Source of the DNA: Camelus dromedarius
Taxonomy: Eukaryota
Assembly (NCBI RefSeq): GCF_036321535.1
Contig: NC_087436.1
Span: 91,452,001 to 91,516,000 of the forward strand
Reading direction: 5' to 3'
DNA length: 64,000 bases
Both the position numbers and the translations under genes were made by a program. This document shows, piece after piece, positions 38,831 through 52,721 of the stretch (the stretch's first letter is position 1; each line of letters begins with the position of its first letter). A model generated the notes under the pieces. The model was not told the origin of the DNA and searched no databases. It was given only the letters and a program-made list of their open reading frames with translations.

Positions 38831-38894
38831 ATTATAGAATGGTCTTCCCATTTGATTTTTAACTTCTGGGTTGTCATGCTATTTTATACAAGAA

Positions 38895-39322
38895 TGTCGG
38901 GCTGCACCCAGCAGGCCTACAAGGCTTGTAAGGCCCAGCTTCAAGACTGGAGAAAGACCCCGGAGTCAGTGACTGAGATCAATGGTTTAATGGATGGGGG
39001 AGCTTACAGGTCTGAAACAAGGTCCTGGAGTGACTCCCCATCATGTGTGATGGACAACAGGTAGGACATGGCGGCAAGCTTCATTCCAGGGGAAAGAGAA
39101 GACCATCAGTTATAGGGTTTGGCTCACTGGTTACCAGGGAAACCAGCAGAGGGGCATCTCCTCAACGCGCTTTCGATGGGAACAATCACTAGCTGGGGCC
39201 TGGGACAAGTATGTAGGAAGGTCAGACATGTGAGCTGGGTGTAGGGGAAGCAGACACTGGTGGAACAGGGGATGTCCAGAGAGCAAGAGAACAGCCATCT
39301 TGGGGGTCTGACCATACAAACA
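38895..39322 (-). mobile_element. Solo ERV LTR (family unassigned)
   Basis: Sharply bounded GC-rich block running TGT...ACA. Flanks are AGAA/GGAA (imperfect 4-bp TSD), with an antisense ATTAAA near 38984. Confidence 0.6.
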
Positions 39323-40499
39323 GGAACATATAGACTTCAAATTTTTATTGCTTTTTAAAAAAAGTCTTAAAGGTGATGCAAGATATTACAGTGTAGAAAT
39401 GTATTAACGTTACAAACAGTCATCTGTGATTTAGTAACAAAATACTGCACTTAGAGTTGAAAGAGTAAATTTGAATACTTAACTATAACCCTTATTATAA
39501 GACATCTTGAAAAGTCTGAGAGATCTGTTTTCTTTTTTTGTAAAGAAGGGGTAATAATTGCTACTTTATGAGTTTTTTGTCAGATACCGTATTCAATATA
39601 TTCTTTAAAATGAAGCTTTTTCTAAAAAAGTGAGAACACCATGGTTTCTTTTATGAACATTGTCTTATGTTGTCTACGTCTTTGTCTTATGTTATCTACA
39701 TCTTATCTAAGACTGATACTAGACAATTTACATTTGTGGTATCTTCCCTGTCTTCCTGTTATACATGGGCACTTACATGATGTACACATTGGGTTAGAAT
39801 GTAATCTGGGTTATTTTGCCAGAACAGCTACATGCTTGGCCATCATCTCCCCTCCTGTGTCCCCTGGTGCTAGTGGTATGCAGTTGGAAGAATCTGCAGC
39901 AAATTTTAGTGAAAATCTAGCTCAAATCTTCTTTGATAGAGGAAGAAATAGATCTTTGGAAATAGAGTTACTTGCAGCAGATTTGATTAGTGGCAGAGTG
40001 AAGATTAAGCCTGGGTCCTGGCAACCAGTCCAAAGGTTCTCTCTAAATGCTCTCTTCTTGGTTGGAGCATTGTCAGGCTGCAAATAAGGAAGACATTAAT
40101 TGGCCTCTACAAGATAATAATAATGAGTTACTTGACAGGTCTTCTATAGAAGAAAGCAATTATCATTTATGAATTAAAATGTGGCTTGGGATTATTGAAA
40201 ATATAGAATCCCTTCTAGTGATTGCTTTGTTTAAATATGATTTATCAATTGAATTGACAGAATCATTCATTTCTTCTGAAAGATTATTCTATAAATGCAT
40301 TCAACAAATATACGTGAGTGAGGCATTATTTTATATGCTTAACTAGATACAGGGAGGCTGACAGTATAGGATATTAATTCAATGTAGACTTTCATGTTTA
40401 AATTAGATCTTGGTTTTAGGTCTATTTTCCATACCAATTACCTGTGCAACCTTAATAATTATAATTAACTTTTTAAAATAAATCTTTATTGCATCTGTA

Positions 40500-40710
40500 C
40501 ATAATTTACTAATGGCCTATTATATAGATAAGGCATGTTTTTGGCATCTTTTATGTAAAAGTTTATTTAATCCTACAATTGCCCATCATGGCAAATATTT
40601 TCACCTCTGCTTAATGGTTAAGAAAACTGAAGAGAAGACAGTTTAAATGACTTACTCAACATCACAGTCAATACATGGAAGACCTGGGTTTTAACCCAGG
40701 TATCTGTCTC
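40500..40710 (-). mobile_element. MIR SINE remnant
   Basis: TTATTTAATCCTACAA...AGAAAACTGAAG...TTAAATGACTTACTCAACATCACAG...TTTAACCCAGG. Confidence 0.7.
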
Positions 40711-41235
40711 TCAGGTAGGTTTGTAATTATTAGGTTATACTCTATCCTTCCTACATTGTACGTTTCTACTATTTAAAGACTGACTGAAAGAATGCATGCA
40801 AAAGCACTTAACACAACTCTCATTTTGAGGACTATACACGAGTTGTATGTTATTCTTACACACTAACAGTCTCACAAAGTCTTATGCATCATTGAAAGCC
40901 AGTTGAAAAACGTATCAGACTGGAAGCAATCTATGTCTCAGCTTTTATTATGACAGTGGCAATAATCTATGTTTTAAAGAGCAAATGGAGTAAACAAGAC
41001 ATGATCTTCTTTCCACCACTGGGCTTCTTCATTCCCTCTGCTGCTTTTTCTGTCACCTTTTCACTGTTCATTAACACTTTTATAAGACGGTGAGCTAAGT
41101 CAGGGCACCTTTGTGAAAACTGATTATTTAATTTGGTAGCATTTGTGAAAGATATGGATACTCAAAAAGGAGAACATAGACACAAAACTTTGTTTAAAAT
41201 TAGCCTTAGGAGTTTAAAGGTTTTGTTATCTCTGT

Positions 41236-41872
41236 ACTATTTTCCATAATGATTGCACCAAACTGTATTCACACCAACAGTGTAAGGGGGCTCCCTTTTC
41301 TCCACAGCCTCTCCAGCATTTATTGTTTGTGAACTTTTTAAAGATGGCCACTCTGACTGGTGTGAGGTGATACCTCATTGTAGTTTTGGTTTGCATTTTT
41401 CTGGTAATTAGTGATATTGAGCACCTTTACATGTTCCTATTGGCCATCCATATGTCTTCATTGGGGAATTGTTTGTTTAGGTCTTCTGCCCATTTTTTGA
41501 TTGGGTTGTTTAGGTCTTCTGCCCATTTTTTGTTATTGATCTGTATAAGCTGCATATTCTGGAAATTAAGCCCTTGTCAGTTACATCATTTGCAAATATT
41601 TTCTCCCAGTCTGTAGGTTGTATTTTCATTTTGTCTATGGTTTATGACCTAGGAAAACACTGGTATGATTTATGTCAGAGAATGTTTTGCCTATGTTCTC
41701 GTCTAGCAGATTTACGGTGTCCTGTCTTATGTTTAAGTCTTTAAGCCATTTTGAGTTGATTTTTGTGTATCGTGTGAGGGAGTGTTATAACTTCACTGAT
41801 TTATATGTGGCTGTCCAGCTTTCCCAACACCACTTGCTGGAGACTGTCTTTTCTCCATTGTATATTCTTGCA
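41236..41872 (-). mobile_element. LINE-1 ORF2 3'-region fragment with internal rearrangements
   Basis: 41240-41480 is homologous to 47255-47495. There is an internal 27-bp direct repeat at 41473-41499 and 41506-41532. Confidence 0.9.
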
Positions 41873-43899
41873 TCTTTTTGTTTGATTTTACACATAGCAC
41901 TTTTTTATTCTCTGGCAATGCTTCATATTTTATCATATGTTTATTATTTAATCCATTTTTCCTTCACAATGACAGACACTTTTAAAGACAGGAATGTGTC
42001 TCTTTTTCACAGCTCTAGTCTCTGTATTTAGAAGGGAGTGTAGCACTTAGTAGGTTTTCAGCAGATGCATATTGAAAAAAAGAAAGAATGAATGAATTGT
42101 CTGTATGTGGCTTTCTACTTTTACGAGAAGACATTAGAGTTGTTGCACAAAAGTCTGATTTTACCTCTAATCTCAAAACAGCGACTTGACAGTCTTTCAG
42201 AAAAGGGAACTATAATCGGAGAATTTGGCTTAAACCTGTCTCTGAAGATTCCACTGGCAATTTGAGGACATTATGGATAAGACATATTGAATCTGATAAA
42301 ATCTAAAGAATTAAGGCACTTTTTGATTAATAACACAAATAAGCAGTGATCCAAACAGACAAGAATGACAGTAGGTGGAGAAACCTAAGCTTACCCTTGT
42401 TCAGCAGTGTACTCTACTGAATTTAAAGTTCCTTTCCATTGAGTCAAATTTATACCACAACCTGGTTTTCTTTTTTTTTCTTATCTGTTATTTCCCTGTT
42501 TAATAAATTAATAGAACTCTTCTGCCTACAGAATGTCCATCTTGGATCTTTCATCAACTTGAAATAAAGTAAGCACTTATTTGTAAGAAAAAAGAATTGC
42601 CATTTGATGGTGGTGATAATGACTTTCGTACATTATATCGCTGTCGGATAAATGATTAGATATTCTTCCCAGGGACATGGATGCCTCCTGAACAATCATT
42701 AATCTCCAGGAAACCACCTGCACTTTGATTCTTATCCTTAAATGAAAACTTAGAGGCAACACAGAGGACAAGGCAACTAATCGTGATTCTCTCAAATTCA
42801 AGTTCCAAATTGTGTTCTGATAAGGGATTCTGGTGTTAATGGAACCTCATAGTAGATGGCTGAAGAAAATAAATGGATACGTTTTTCAACAGCCCTGGCC
42901 AGATGACTGAGAAGTCTTTGTACACTTCAGTATCTAAGTGGTAACATGATGTGTTTTTAGGTATTTTTAAAACTTACGTAAAATCATTGGATATACATTT
43001 TCTTTTCTGTTTTACTTAGTGTCAGGCTTTAACAGAGGGAAATCACTAATGGGAAATAGGTTTGAATGGTGAATATAAGATAAGAATACCAGTTGTAGGG
43101 CTGGTAAAAGGGGAAAAAATTGGGATAAAGACTATGGTAAAGGCCATCTTTCTGCAACTTCTCAGTACTAAAAGGTAACAGTCAAGCCAACAGAAAGGAA
43201 AGGTCATTTCTCTATATAATAAACAGTGGAAAATCCAGACACTTAAATTACCCTTGTGAGCCTCATATGCAGGCCATAGATGGGCAGTGAGTCGATGAAG
43301 TTTCATTAAATCCAAAGTAATATTATTAAGCTTTCTTGAGGTACAAAGTACAATGGTGGTGCTTTGATTAATGTTAGAGGCAAAATTGCCTTTAGGAAAC
43401 CTAAACTAGTGGATTAAAAGTCATTTGTGAAGTGAAATGTGTATTTCTCCTGTTCATACGAGAATAGAAATTGATATAATTGGAGGTAAATGTATGTGTT
43501 TGAACAAAAAATAACTCTCTAGAAGTACTTTGAAGAAGGTACAAACTTTGACTCCATACCAACTAATAAATAAAAGCAAATTAATAACTTTATGGAAGAG
43601 TTTTCTAGATTTGGAAAGGAAGGCACAGATGAAAAATGAAAAGGAATCATTTTAGTGGTTAGTGAGGGAGGAGGTGGAGGAGAATGATGGAACAGAAGGG
43701 AAGAAAGTGTAACAAGTAATTGTGTAGGATAAACAAGTCTAAAAGTAGGAGAGAGTTGGAATAAAGGATGCTTGGAATAAAGGATGCACTAGTGATTAAG
43801 AAGCAACTGAAAATCAGCTGATTTTAACCACAATGTATAATATGGATTCTTTCTTGACTCTTCAGTAATCTTTAAAGGTTCAAAGTCTCAGTAAAATTT

Positions 43900-44880
43900 A
43901 ATGAATCCTCCATTATCTTGTTTGTCATTCAATCTATTTTCTTTCTTGGTCCCTCTTCATTTCCTGGACCTTTCAGAGTGCCCCAAGGTGGAGGAGGCCA
44001 CGGACCTCTTCTCTACTTAACCCAGTCTCCTGATGGCGCTCTAAAATTCAGGTGCATGTAACCAGCTCTCTGCAGTATCTTAACCTGAACATCTAACAGG
44101 CATTTTAAATGTACACGTAAAGGCACTCATATTACTTCTACTTAATGTAGCCCTCCAATCTTTCCTTCGTTCATTATAGGCACTTCTGGTTATTGTATTT
44201 GCTTAGGCTGAAACACCTCAAATTTTATTTTACTTTTTGCTCTCAATTATTTTGGCCAATCCATCAGAAAATCATGTTGGCTATTCCTTCAAAATATATT
44301 TATAATTAGACCACTCCTTACCACTTCTAAGCCACCTTTATCTCATCCCTGCATTATTTTAATGTTCTTCTAAATGGTTGTGCTTTGCTTCTACTGTTGC
44401 ACTCCTTCAGTACGTGTCAATAGTCAGAAAGATGCTGTTAATGCAGAAGTTGGGTCAGGCCAGTCCTCTGCTCAGAATATTCCACAGTCTTCTCACTTCA
44501 CTGAGTATGACCAAAATTCTTTTCAGTGGGTTACAAGGCTCTACTGGAACCTGACCACCATTGTTTCTTTAACTCCATCATCTACTGCCATTCCTTTCTG
44601 TCACTCTGTTCCAGCCTTGCTATTCCTTGACCACACTAGGAGCATTCATGCCTCAGGGCCTATGCTGTCTTCAGTTTTGGAAAGTTTTTCCTTCATATTT
44701 TCAGTTATTCATCACTTCGCCTTCTTCAGGGGTTTCACTGAATCATTCAGGAGGGGTTCACAAATTAAATGGGCTCTCCAGGACAGCCTGACTGATTCAG
44801 TGAAACCACTGAAGAAGGCGACTCTACTTCTACATACAGTGCTGTACCTACCATGTTCATAGGGCTCAGTAAATGTAGTT
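43900..44880 (+). mobile_element. L2 remnant
   Basis: CAATCCATCAGAAAATCATGTTGGCTATTCCTTCAAAATATA...TATTCCTTGACCACACTAGGAGCATTCATGCCTCAGGGCC...GGCTCAGTAAATGT. Confidence 0.7.
44717..44821. repeat. Inverted repeat: 35-bp arms (33/35 complementary) with a 35-bp spacer
   Basis: TCGCCTTCTTCAGGGGTTTCACTGAATCATTCAGG (44717-51) pairs with CCTGACTGATTCAGTGAAACCACTGAAGAAGGCGA (44787-821). Confidence 0.95.
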
Positions 44881-46495
44881 ATAAAGTGTGCAGTTGATGT
44901 GAAAGTGTAAAAGAAGCTTCTTGAATCAGAATCACTTGATTCTACATCTTAAAATTTTATAGAATATTGGGAGTATTATATCTCCAAAATGAATTTCAAA
45001 AATCACTGGTGCCTTGAATTTTAAAATGCTCTTCCATGAATTCATGCATGAGTCACTTAAAGAACAAAGTTACTATATGAAGCATTTCATTTAAAAAGCA
45101 GCTATTTCCAAAGAAATAGAATAATCAAAACTGTACTACTGTGAGAGGCTACAGCACTAATGATGGTACAGGACTCAAGTTTATGTAGATAAAATGGATT
45201 TGGGCAAAAAATAAAGCCACAAAGTCACCACAGAAAGTAAATATATATAAAATAAAGTTGTAATTCAAAATGTGTATTTCTTGTGGTGCCACTGGAAATA
45301 TGACAATGCTTAGGAACTCAAAATTGAAACAAAACACTTTCCATGTTCATAACCACTACTGCTGGTATCTCATTTCATGTCAGACAGACAGACGTAGAAG
45401 CAGAATTTTTTAATGCAAATATTTATTCAGAAAATAGAAAAGATGATTTATTCTAAGTGAAATATAAGACATCATTTGTTTACAATTATGTAGTTGATGT
45501 AAAAAAAACATTGTATTCAATTATGAAAATCATAAATTAAATAAAAATACTTTTCAAATATTAAATACTAAAAAAACTTTACTATTAGTCTGGCTCCAAA
45601 TGTGAATAAGCAGATGACAAAATTCTTTATCAAGAAATATGATTTTCTAAAATTAAATCATAATATCATTTATAAACTACATCACATTGGTTTATATAAT
45701 AAAAGAGATACAAAGTATTTTTTTCAATATGACATTCTTTATTTAGCCAAGCATGGTATCTACACAGTTATTTCAAATAGGTTTCCTGAACACTGGCAAT
45801 TATATTTCTATATTACAGGAAACAATAGTCCTTTTCCAGAGAGGGTGATTCTCCAAAGACAGTTATTGAAATTGCCTTTAATCATTGAAGTGGATACTTC
45901 AGAAAACAGACTCATTTTCACTACAGTATTGTATGTGTACTTGTTATTTTTATTTAAAATGATGCAAGTAACTTAGGTGCCCTGTTGCGTATAATTGTAT
46001 AGATTAATAATTTATTTATTTATATTATGATAATTATATAAATCAATCCATGTCTGGTCTAGTGAATAACCATACACAAACATAAACCAGCTAATTCTTG
46101 AAAAAAATCATAAACTTCTGGCCATTTACCTAAACACAGCATTAGAACACAGACCTAGAATTCTTCAGTACTTTGGATCATGCTATTTTCTGTCTTAAAG
46201 GGCTTCTGTCCCTATTCTACCTCAATTTACATGTGACATACACTCTGAATAATCCCCAGCTTCCTGGAGCAGATCTGCTGCTTCTTTCCATACTGCTTCT
46301 GTGGATGTTTGATCATATCATTGGTTTAGCATCTATCATGCTATACTGTTCTATTTTGTTTAAAAATCTGACTCCTAGATTTGGACATCTTAAAGGCAGG
46401 AACTCTATTAAATTAATCTTTGTAGCTATGATGCATAACACAGTAAAGAAAAAATAGGGTTATCCAATAAATAATGCTCATATAGCTCCCTTGTT

Positions 46496-46553
46496 ATATA
46501 TATGTATGTGTATATACATACACATATACACATACATACATAGAGAGAGAGAG
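46496..46553. repeat. Compound (TA)/(CA)/(GA) microsatellite
   Basis: Directly visible. Confidence 0.85.
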
Positions 46554-46581
46554 AAAGCAGGACCTCACTGAAGCTATTTTT

Positions 46582-47501
46582 CTTAACATTTTTTATAGAT
46601 TTATAATCATTTTACAATATTGTGTCAGATTCCAGTGTAGAGCACAATTTTTCAGTTATACATGAACATATATATATTCATTGTCACATTTTTTTCTCTG
46701 TGAGCTACCATAAGATCTTGTATATATTTCCCTGTGCTATACAGTATAATCTTGTTCATCTATTCTACAATTTTGAAATCCCACTCTATCCCTTCCCACC
46801 TTCTGCCCCCTTGGCAACCACAAGTTTGTATTCTATGTCTGTGAGTCTATTTCAGTTTTGTATTTATGCTTTGTTTGGTTGTTTTTTTCTTTCTTTTTTT
46901 TTAGATTCCACATATGAGTGATCTCATATGGTATTTTTATTTCTCCTTCTGGCTTACTTCACTTAGAAAGACATTCTCCAGGAGCATCCATGTTGCTGCA
47001 AATGGCATTATGTTGTCAGTTTTTATGGCTGAATAGTATTCCATTGTATAAATATACCACCTCTTCTTTATCCAGTCATCGGTTGACAGACATTTAGGCT
47101 GTTTCCATGTCTTGGCTATTGTAAATAGTGCCGCTATGAACATTGGGGTGCAGATGTCATTTTGAAGTAGGGTTCCTTCTGTATATATGTCTAGGAGTGG
47201 GATTCCTGGGTCATACAGTAAGTCTATTCCTAGTCTTTTGAGGAGTCTCCATACCGTTTTCCACAGTGGCTGCACCAAACTGCATTCCCACCAGCAGTGT
47301 TGGAGGGTTCCCTTTTCTCCACAGCCACTCCGGCATTTGTCATTTGTGGATTTTTGAATGATGGCCATTCTGACTGGTGTGAGGTGATACCTCATTGTAG
47401 TTTTGATTTGCATTTCTCTGATAACTGGCAATATTGAGCATTTTTTCATGTGCCTATTGATCATTTGTATGTCTTTCTTGGAGAATTGCTTGTTTAAGGA
47501 G
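46582..47501 (-). mobile_element. Young 5'-truncated LINE-1 (ORF2 C-terminus + 3' UTR) with 18-bp TSD
   Basis: CTCACTGAAGCTATTTTT occurs at 46564-46581 and 47502-47519. ORF 46937..47563 has [20 protein letters not shown]...[21 protein letters not shown] with no stops. Confidence 0.95.
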
Positions 47502-48829
47502 CTCACTGAAGCTATTTTTGACACAGAAGTAATACTGGACAGGTTTTGTAGGACTAGAAACATATAAATTGGGAGATCTTTTTAAAGAAAAAGTATATAA
47601 TATTATAAATAAAAGTGATGAATGAAAATAGGTCATTAGAGCATTCATTGAACACTTCCTACTCCCAGATGACCAGCACTAGCTCTAACTATTCACAGGA
47701 GGGACTGAAGATCATATAGATATATTCCATAACCCCAACTCAATGTGTATGCAATTCCATTTCCCCTCAGCTGATTACCAAAATGATCCTGACCCCACCA
47801 AAGACACAGCAATAGGTACAGAGATGAAGGGATAGTGAGAGTTGAATAAGATGGTGTTATTAAATGACTGAAGTTATGATACTTCTGCAAAATTTACAAA
47901 AATAGTAATTTATGTGAACACATTCCTTGACTTCTCTTAAACCTTGGGGTGGGGTCAGTGAAGGTGAAGGAACCTGAAACCACCTTCCTTAGCTTCACAA
48001 CACAGTCACCTCTGTCAGTCAAGAAGAGACATGTATTCAAGTTCCAGACAAGAAGTTAGGGCTAAGACTTGTACTCAAGTTTCAGTTTCTTCACTTACCA
48101 GTGTTATTGTTTTCCCTTTTTTTCAAAGTTCATTTTTACAGAATGAAGAAGTTTAATGGCCATTCTGGTTTTGGGTTTCTCTATCACATTATAACACTGT
48201 CACAATATTTTAGTGTTCTTCCAAGTTAGTTGTTTCCTACTCTGTAGGAAAAAACCCGAGGCTTATAGAAATTAAGAAACATGCCTTGGCTACAGAGTGA
48301 GTAGATAGTACAGTCAAACTGAGAACTTAAACTTAATGCATTTAGTACAGAACATATTGCCTTCCATTAGTCAAACTGGAAATTTTATAAAATTAAGTTG
48401 CAAAAAGAGTCTGAATTAATGTAATCAACTTCACCAGTTCTTTCAGGAAACTTAAATATACAAAGAAGCATAATCATTCTTTGTCATTAAAATAAATTAA
48501 GACATACAAAGACAATTCTCTATAGCCATTTAAAAACTAATGTTTATAAATGAGGAATTACCATAAAAATCAGATTGTATTTTTTATAACCTGCTTTTTT
48601 AAATTATAATACGTCAGAAAAGTAATCTCATATTACAAATGCAGAAATACATTGTTATTTTAAATGGTTTGCATACACAGTTAATTATTCGCTTAATTTC
48701 CTATTGTCACGTAACCTATTTTTAATTTTCCTTATTATAAATAATGGTGACAGTAGTGATGTTTTCAAGATGTATCTTTTTAAGCTAATTTTTTTTGAGA
48801 CCCCAATCCATATATCAAACTGCTTTCCT

Positions 48830-49500
48830 TCCCTCTCTACTTGGATATAATAAGAAAATTGGAAGCTCAACACGCTTATAACCAATGAATGATATTCCAT
48901 CTCTATCCCTGTCTTCTTCCAGGATTCCTTCTCTGTTTCCAATAATGAACCTGCCACTACACTTTTGTAAAAACCAAAGACTGGAAAGATATTAAAATTT
49001 CCCTTTCCATTAAACTCCATATGTAATTAAAACACATTATTGAATTTCTTAAATAGCTCTCAAAACTATCACCTTCTCTCCATATCCACGGCTTCCGCAC
49101 TAATGTCACTATCAGATTTTGGTTGGTTTCTAGTAAGTCTTAGTAAGTCTTGTAATTCTAGAAAGTTCACACCCTCTAACAACTTCAAATTATAGTACAC
49201 ACATCAATAAACACATTTTTGAAACACAAATGTGATCATGCCGCTTTCTGCTTAAAACCTTTCATAGGTCTCTCACTGCTATTAGAATGAAAGAAATGCC
49301 CTTGATGTAGCTTTTAAGTCTTTGCACGGTCTGACTCCTCCACACCTCACCAGCTCTCATGTCATAGCACCCAGTACCACACTGTCTGTACCAATTCTAA
49401 TAGCTTGTCCTCATACTCACCATTCTTCCTCCTACTTCAAAATGTGTGGGTACTTTGTTCCATTAATATTCGCTTTCATATTGACAAAGAAATCAATTAA
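48830..49500 (+). mobile_element. L2 remnant
   Basis: AAATGTGATCATGCCGCTTTCTGCTTAAAACCTTTCATAGGTCTCTCACTGCTATTAGAATGAAA. Confidence 0.65.
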
Positions 49501-49659
49501 TTATTGTTCAGGCCTCAACTACCATAGAAACTGAAATTAATAAAACAGAGACCAATAGGAATAGTAGGAAATTTAGAGAAATCTAAATGATAGGATTTTC
49601 AATGACAAATTAAGAAAAAAGTCAGAGGCTTGAATTGAAAAAAAAAAAAGAAAAAAGAT

Positions 49660-50296
49660 TGAGGGGAAGTGCTGTTAGCAAGATAATGGAATAGGATGTC
49701 TCCAGCCCCAGTACCCTCAGAAAAATGCAGATTTAGCAACTACGCACAGATGACAATGCCTTTTGTGAGAATTCCGGAACCAAGGGATGAAGTTGTGGCA
49801 CCTGGTAGTACACAAAAACTGAGAAAAGCTGCATTAAAAAGGATAAGAGAAACAGCTTCACTTTGTCCATATTGCCTTCCCCCGGTGCAGCACCTGGCTG
49901 AGAAGGGCCCTATTGGCTGCTGGTTTCTCCAGTGGGGTAAGAGAAACCAAGATGGAGGTTGACTTTCCCAACATTTTGGGGGCACTGCCTGAGAGGCCAG
50001 TCTGTCTTACCTCACACAAAACACTGGGGAATTGGAAGGACTGGACCACCTGAGGACAGGAGGAAACAAAGAAAAGGGCCAGAGACTCCCAGCTGCCCTA
50101 CGATCCAGCAATCCCACTTCTGGGTATATATACAAAAGATTTGAAATCAGGATATCTGTACTGCCATGTTAATTGCAATGTTGTTCACAATAGCCAAGAT
50201 ATGGAAACAACCCAAATGTCCATCAACAGCAGATGAGTGGATAAGGAAAAGGTGGTGTATGCATACAATAGAATATTACTCAACCTTGAAAAAAAG
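49660..50296 (+). mobile_element. LINE-1: 5'UTR-like segment joined to the ORF2 3' end
   Basis: 50090-50296 encodes the PYDPAIPLLGIY and [21 protein letters not shown] motifs. 49660-50085 begins GAAGTGCTGTTAGCAAGATAATGGAATAGG, like recalled L1M 5' ends. Confidence 0.7.
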
Positions 50297-52394
50297 AAAT
50301 AATTCACAACAACATTCTGTTGATTTACCCCTTGTTAAGTCTTCAGGTCTTCACGGAATCAGACTCAAAGCCAGGCTCATGCATAAACTGTCCAGAAGGA
50401 TCCTTTCCATGTAAAAACCCATCCCTACAGTTTTTTAAATGATCTTTTAAAATATATACCTCAACTGCTAACATTCATCAACAAAGGCTAGCAAACATAG
50501 ATGGAAAAATGCCATGTTGAGCAATAGTACTTAGTAATTGGGCAATAGAGATTTATTCCAAAAAAATTGCTTAACTAAATTCTTGATCTCTGCCAAACTA
50601 GCAACTTGACAATTTTTACATTTTGTGTTCTTAAGCAGTGTGTAACTTTGTCCCTGAAGCTCTGAAGCATAGTTTTCAAATTTCACCATCTTCTAGTGTA
50701 TGAATTTGGCCAGTCATTCATATTACTGAACTTTCAGGACTTAGAAGTTATTTTGGGGGTTAATCTAAATTTGTAGTGATTTATTTACTGTTATTTATCT
50801 TCATATTCAAGAAAATGTCAACGTCCACGGGTTTATCAACAACTTTGTACCAGTATAATTTTATTACAGGAGATCCTTGAGAAAAAAATAAAAATTTAGA
50901 AACACAAAACCATTCGGCATGCTCCAGTGGCTGTGTATAGGAATTTAAAACAAGGCTGCAATGACTGCTTCGATGTCAAAAATTCGTTTGTTTGTAAGTG
51001 TCTCTCAGAGACCTTTGATCTGAATCCTATTTCCTATCTTGCAACTTCAATATGTATAATGCTGATTCATTACTTTCTGACATTTTGCTTCCTGGTGAGC
51101 AGGTGGAACTCTAAAATGGCATATAAAAGCAATTTCTATTGGGTTTCCAATGCCTAAGAGGCTATCTATTTTTCAGTGACCCATTTGAATGCAGAATCTC
51201 AGGTTCGAGGCTCTGAACTGAGATTTTATAAAAATGTACACATTTTTTAAACCTTACTATTCGAAGAGATATTGATGGTTTAAAAAAAAACTCTTCTCTA
51301 AGTGTGTGTAAAATTTTACTGTGAGAATTAGAAAGTGCTTATACACACATTGGCTGACATGAAGTTTGGGATGCTGTCACTGTTGGCCTCAGTATGTTTA
51401 TTACTTTATAGTGAACAATAATGAATTTTATAACTGTACTCGGATTTCACTGCTTACTGAGAATATGAAACGTAAGACAAATCATACTTGCTTAAATATC
51501 AAAATAAAAATAATGATTACCATTTTATTTAACAGGACTACTTGAGGCTTATTCAGTTTTCTAGGAGAGTGTATCTGTGTTTGACTTCATTTACTTTTGT
51601 TCAGAGCACATATTCTATGGAATTACAAGTTAATGTGTAGATTTTTGTCTGACAGTTATACAAATGATTTATTTTTGATAGAATTAATGTCAAAATTTAT
51701 AGTTCTTATTTTATTGTCTCATAGGTTATTAACTGGTTTTACATATATGTAACAGTTTTATTCTCATGTGTGCTTTTCATTGCTTATAAATTACTCATTG
51801 CAATAAATAATATTTGAATCAGCTTTACCATCTTGATGGTTTCTTCTTGTTAAACAGCTATTTGACAAGTTTATGAAATAAGTTCTATATGGTTCCCTAA
51901 AAATTAGTAGACATTCGTCAGGTCATGCTACATTTATGTAAGAATCTTATTTAAAATTTTTTTGAACTTTATAATTTGGCACTTTCATATTCCATTAATT
52001 AAATCTGTTTAAATTTGGTGTGGCTTTTCTGAACTTATTTCCCTGTGGAAACTCTTTCATGTAATATGCATGAAATTCCATACTATTAGTAAATTAAATT
52101 GCCTGAAACATGATTGACAGTAGCATCCGACTGACCCTACCACCTTTGTGACACCATTGTCATCATAGTGACTCATTGCCTTGGTCATTACAGTGTATCT
52201 CTCAATGCTTTGCTTACCACTTGCCCTTTATTCAATGTCATCCTACTAATCTTTTTTTTAATTGTTCCCATAAATGGAAGGATTACCAATGTCTCATTTC
52301 CCTTAGCAAGCAAGTTACGGGCAATCTTAAAATATGCGGTGTTTCCAGATAGTACCAGGAATAATTGATACTCCTGATACTAATTATTTTTTAG

Positions 52395-52721
52395 TTTTCT
52401 GCCAGGAAAAGAAATAGATGCTTAAGTGAGATAATTAATGAGAGATTAAATTAATGGATTATTTACAAAAGTGTGGTCAGGGTTAAAGGAAACCAGCAAG
52501 GAGTGCTGAAGCACTCTGGGACTTGCAATAATAGGGAGCTATTACCTAAAACCCAGTGGTAAGAAGGTAAGGAAATGACCCCCAATTTCCTGCAGTTGCC
52601 TCTCTCTGAAGTCAGAGGTCAAGGGGACTCCGTTGATGCAGTTCACAGAGGTCAGCTTCCCAGGGCATGAAGAAGACTGCGGTGTGGAGATGTAAAGGCA
52701 AACAGAGAATATCCAGGACAA
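52395..52721 (-). mobile_element. Ancient ERVL-class LTR remnant
   Basis: TTTACAAAAGTGTGGTCAGGGTTAAAGGAAACCAGCAAGG...GGCAAACAGAGAATATCCAGGACA. Confidence 0.55.

Noticed and set aside
39641..40087. 148-aa ORF with a good Kozak ATG
   Set aside because: No recognisable motif, a low-complexity start and a MIR-like 3' part. A chance ORF is likely, though it cannot be excluded without a search.
43756..43787. 16-bp tandem duplicate (similar 9-15-bp ones near 10361, 49131, 59718 and 63223)
   Set aside because: Ordinary slippage micro-duplications.
44374..44862. 162-aa ORF
   Set aside because: It lies in an L2 remnant plus the inverted repeat, with no recognisable domain.
46937..47563. Longest ORF (208 aa) as a host gene
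   Set aside because: It is the L1 ORF2 C-terminus. The N-terminal part is read-through from flanking DNA across the TSD.
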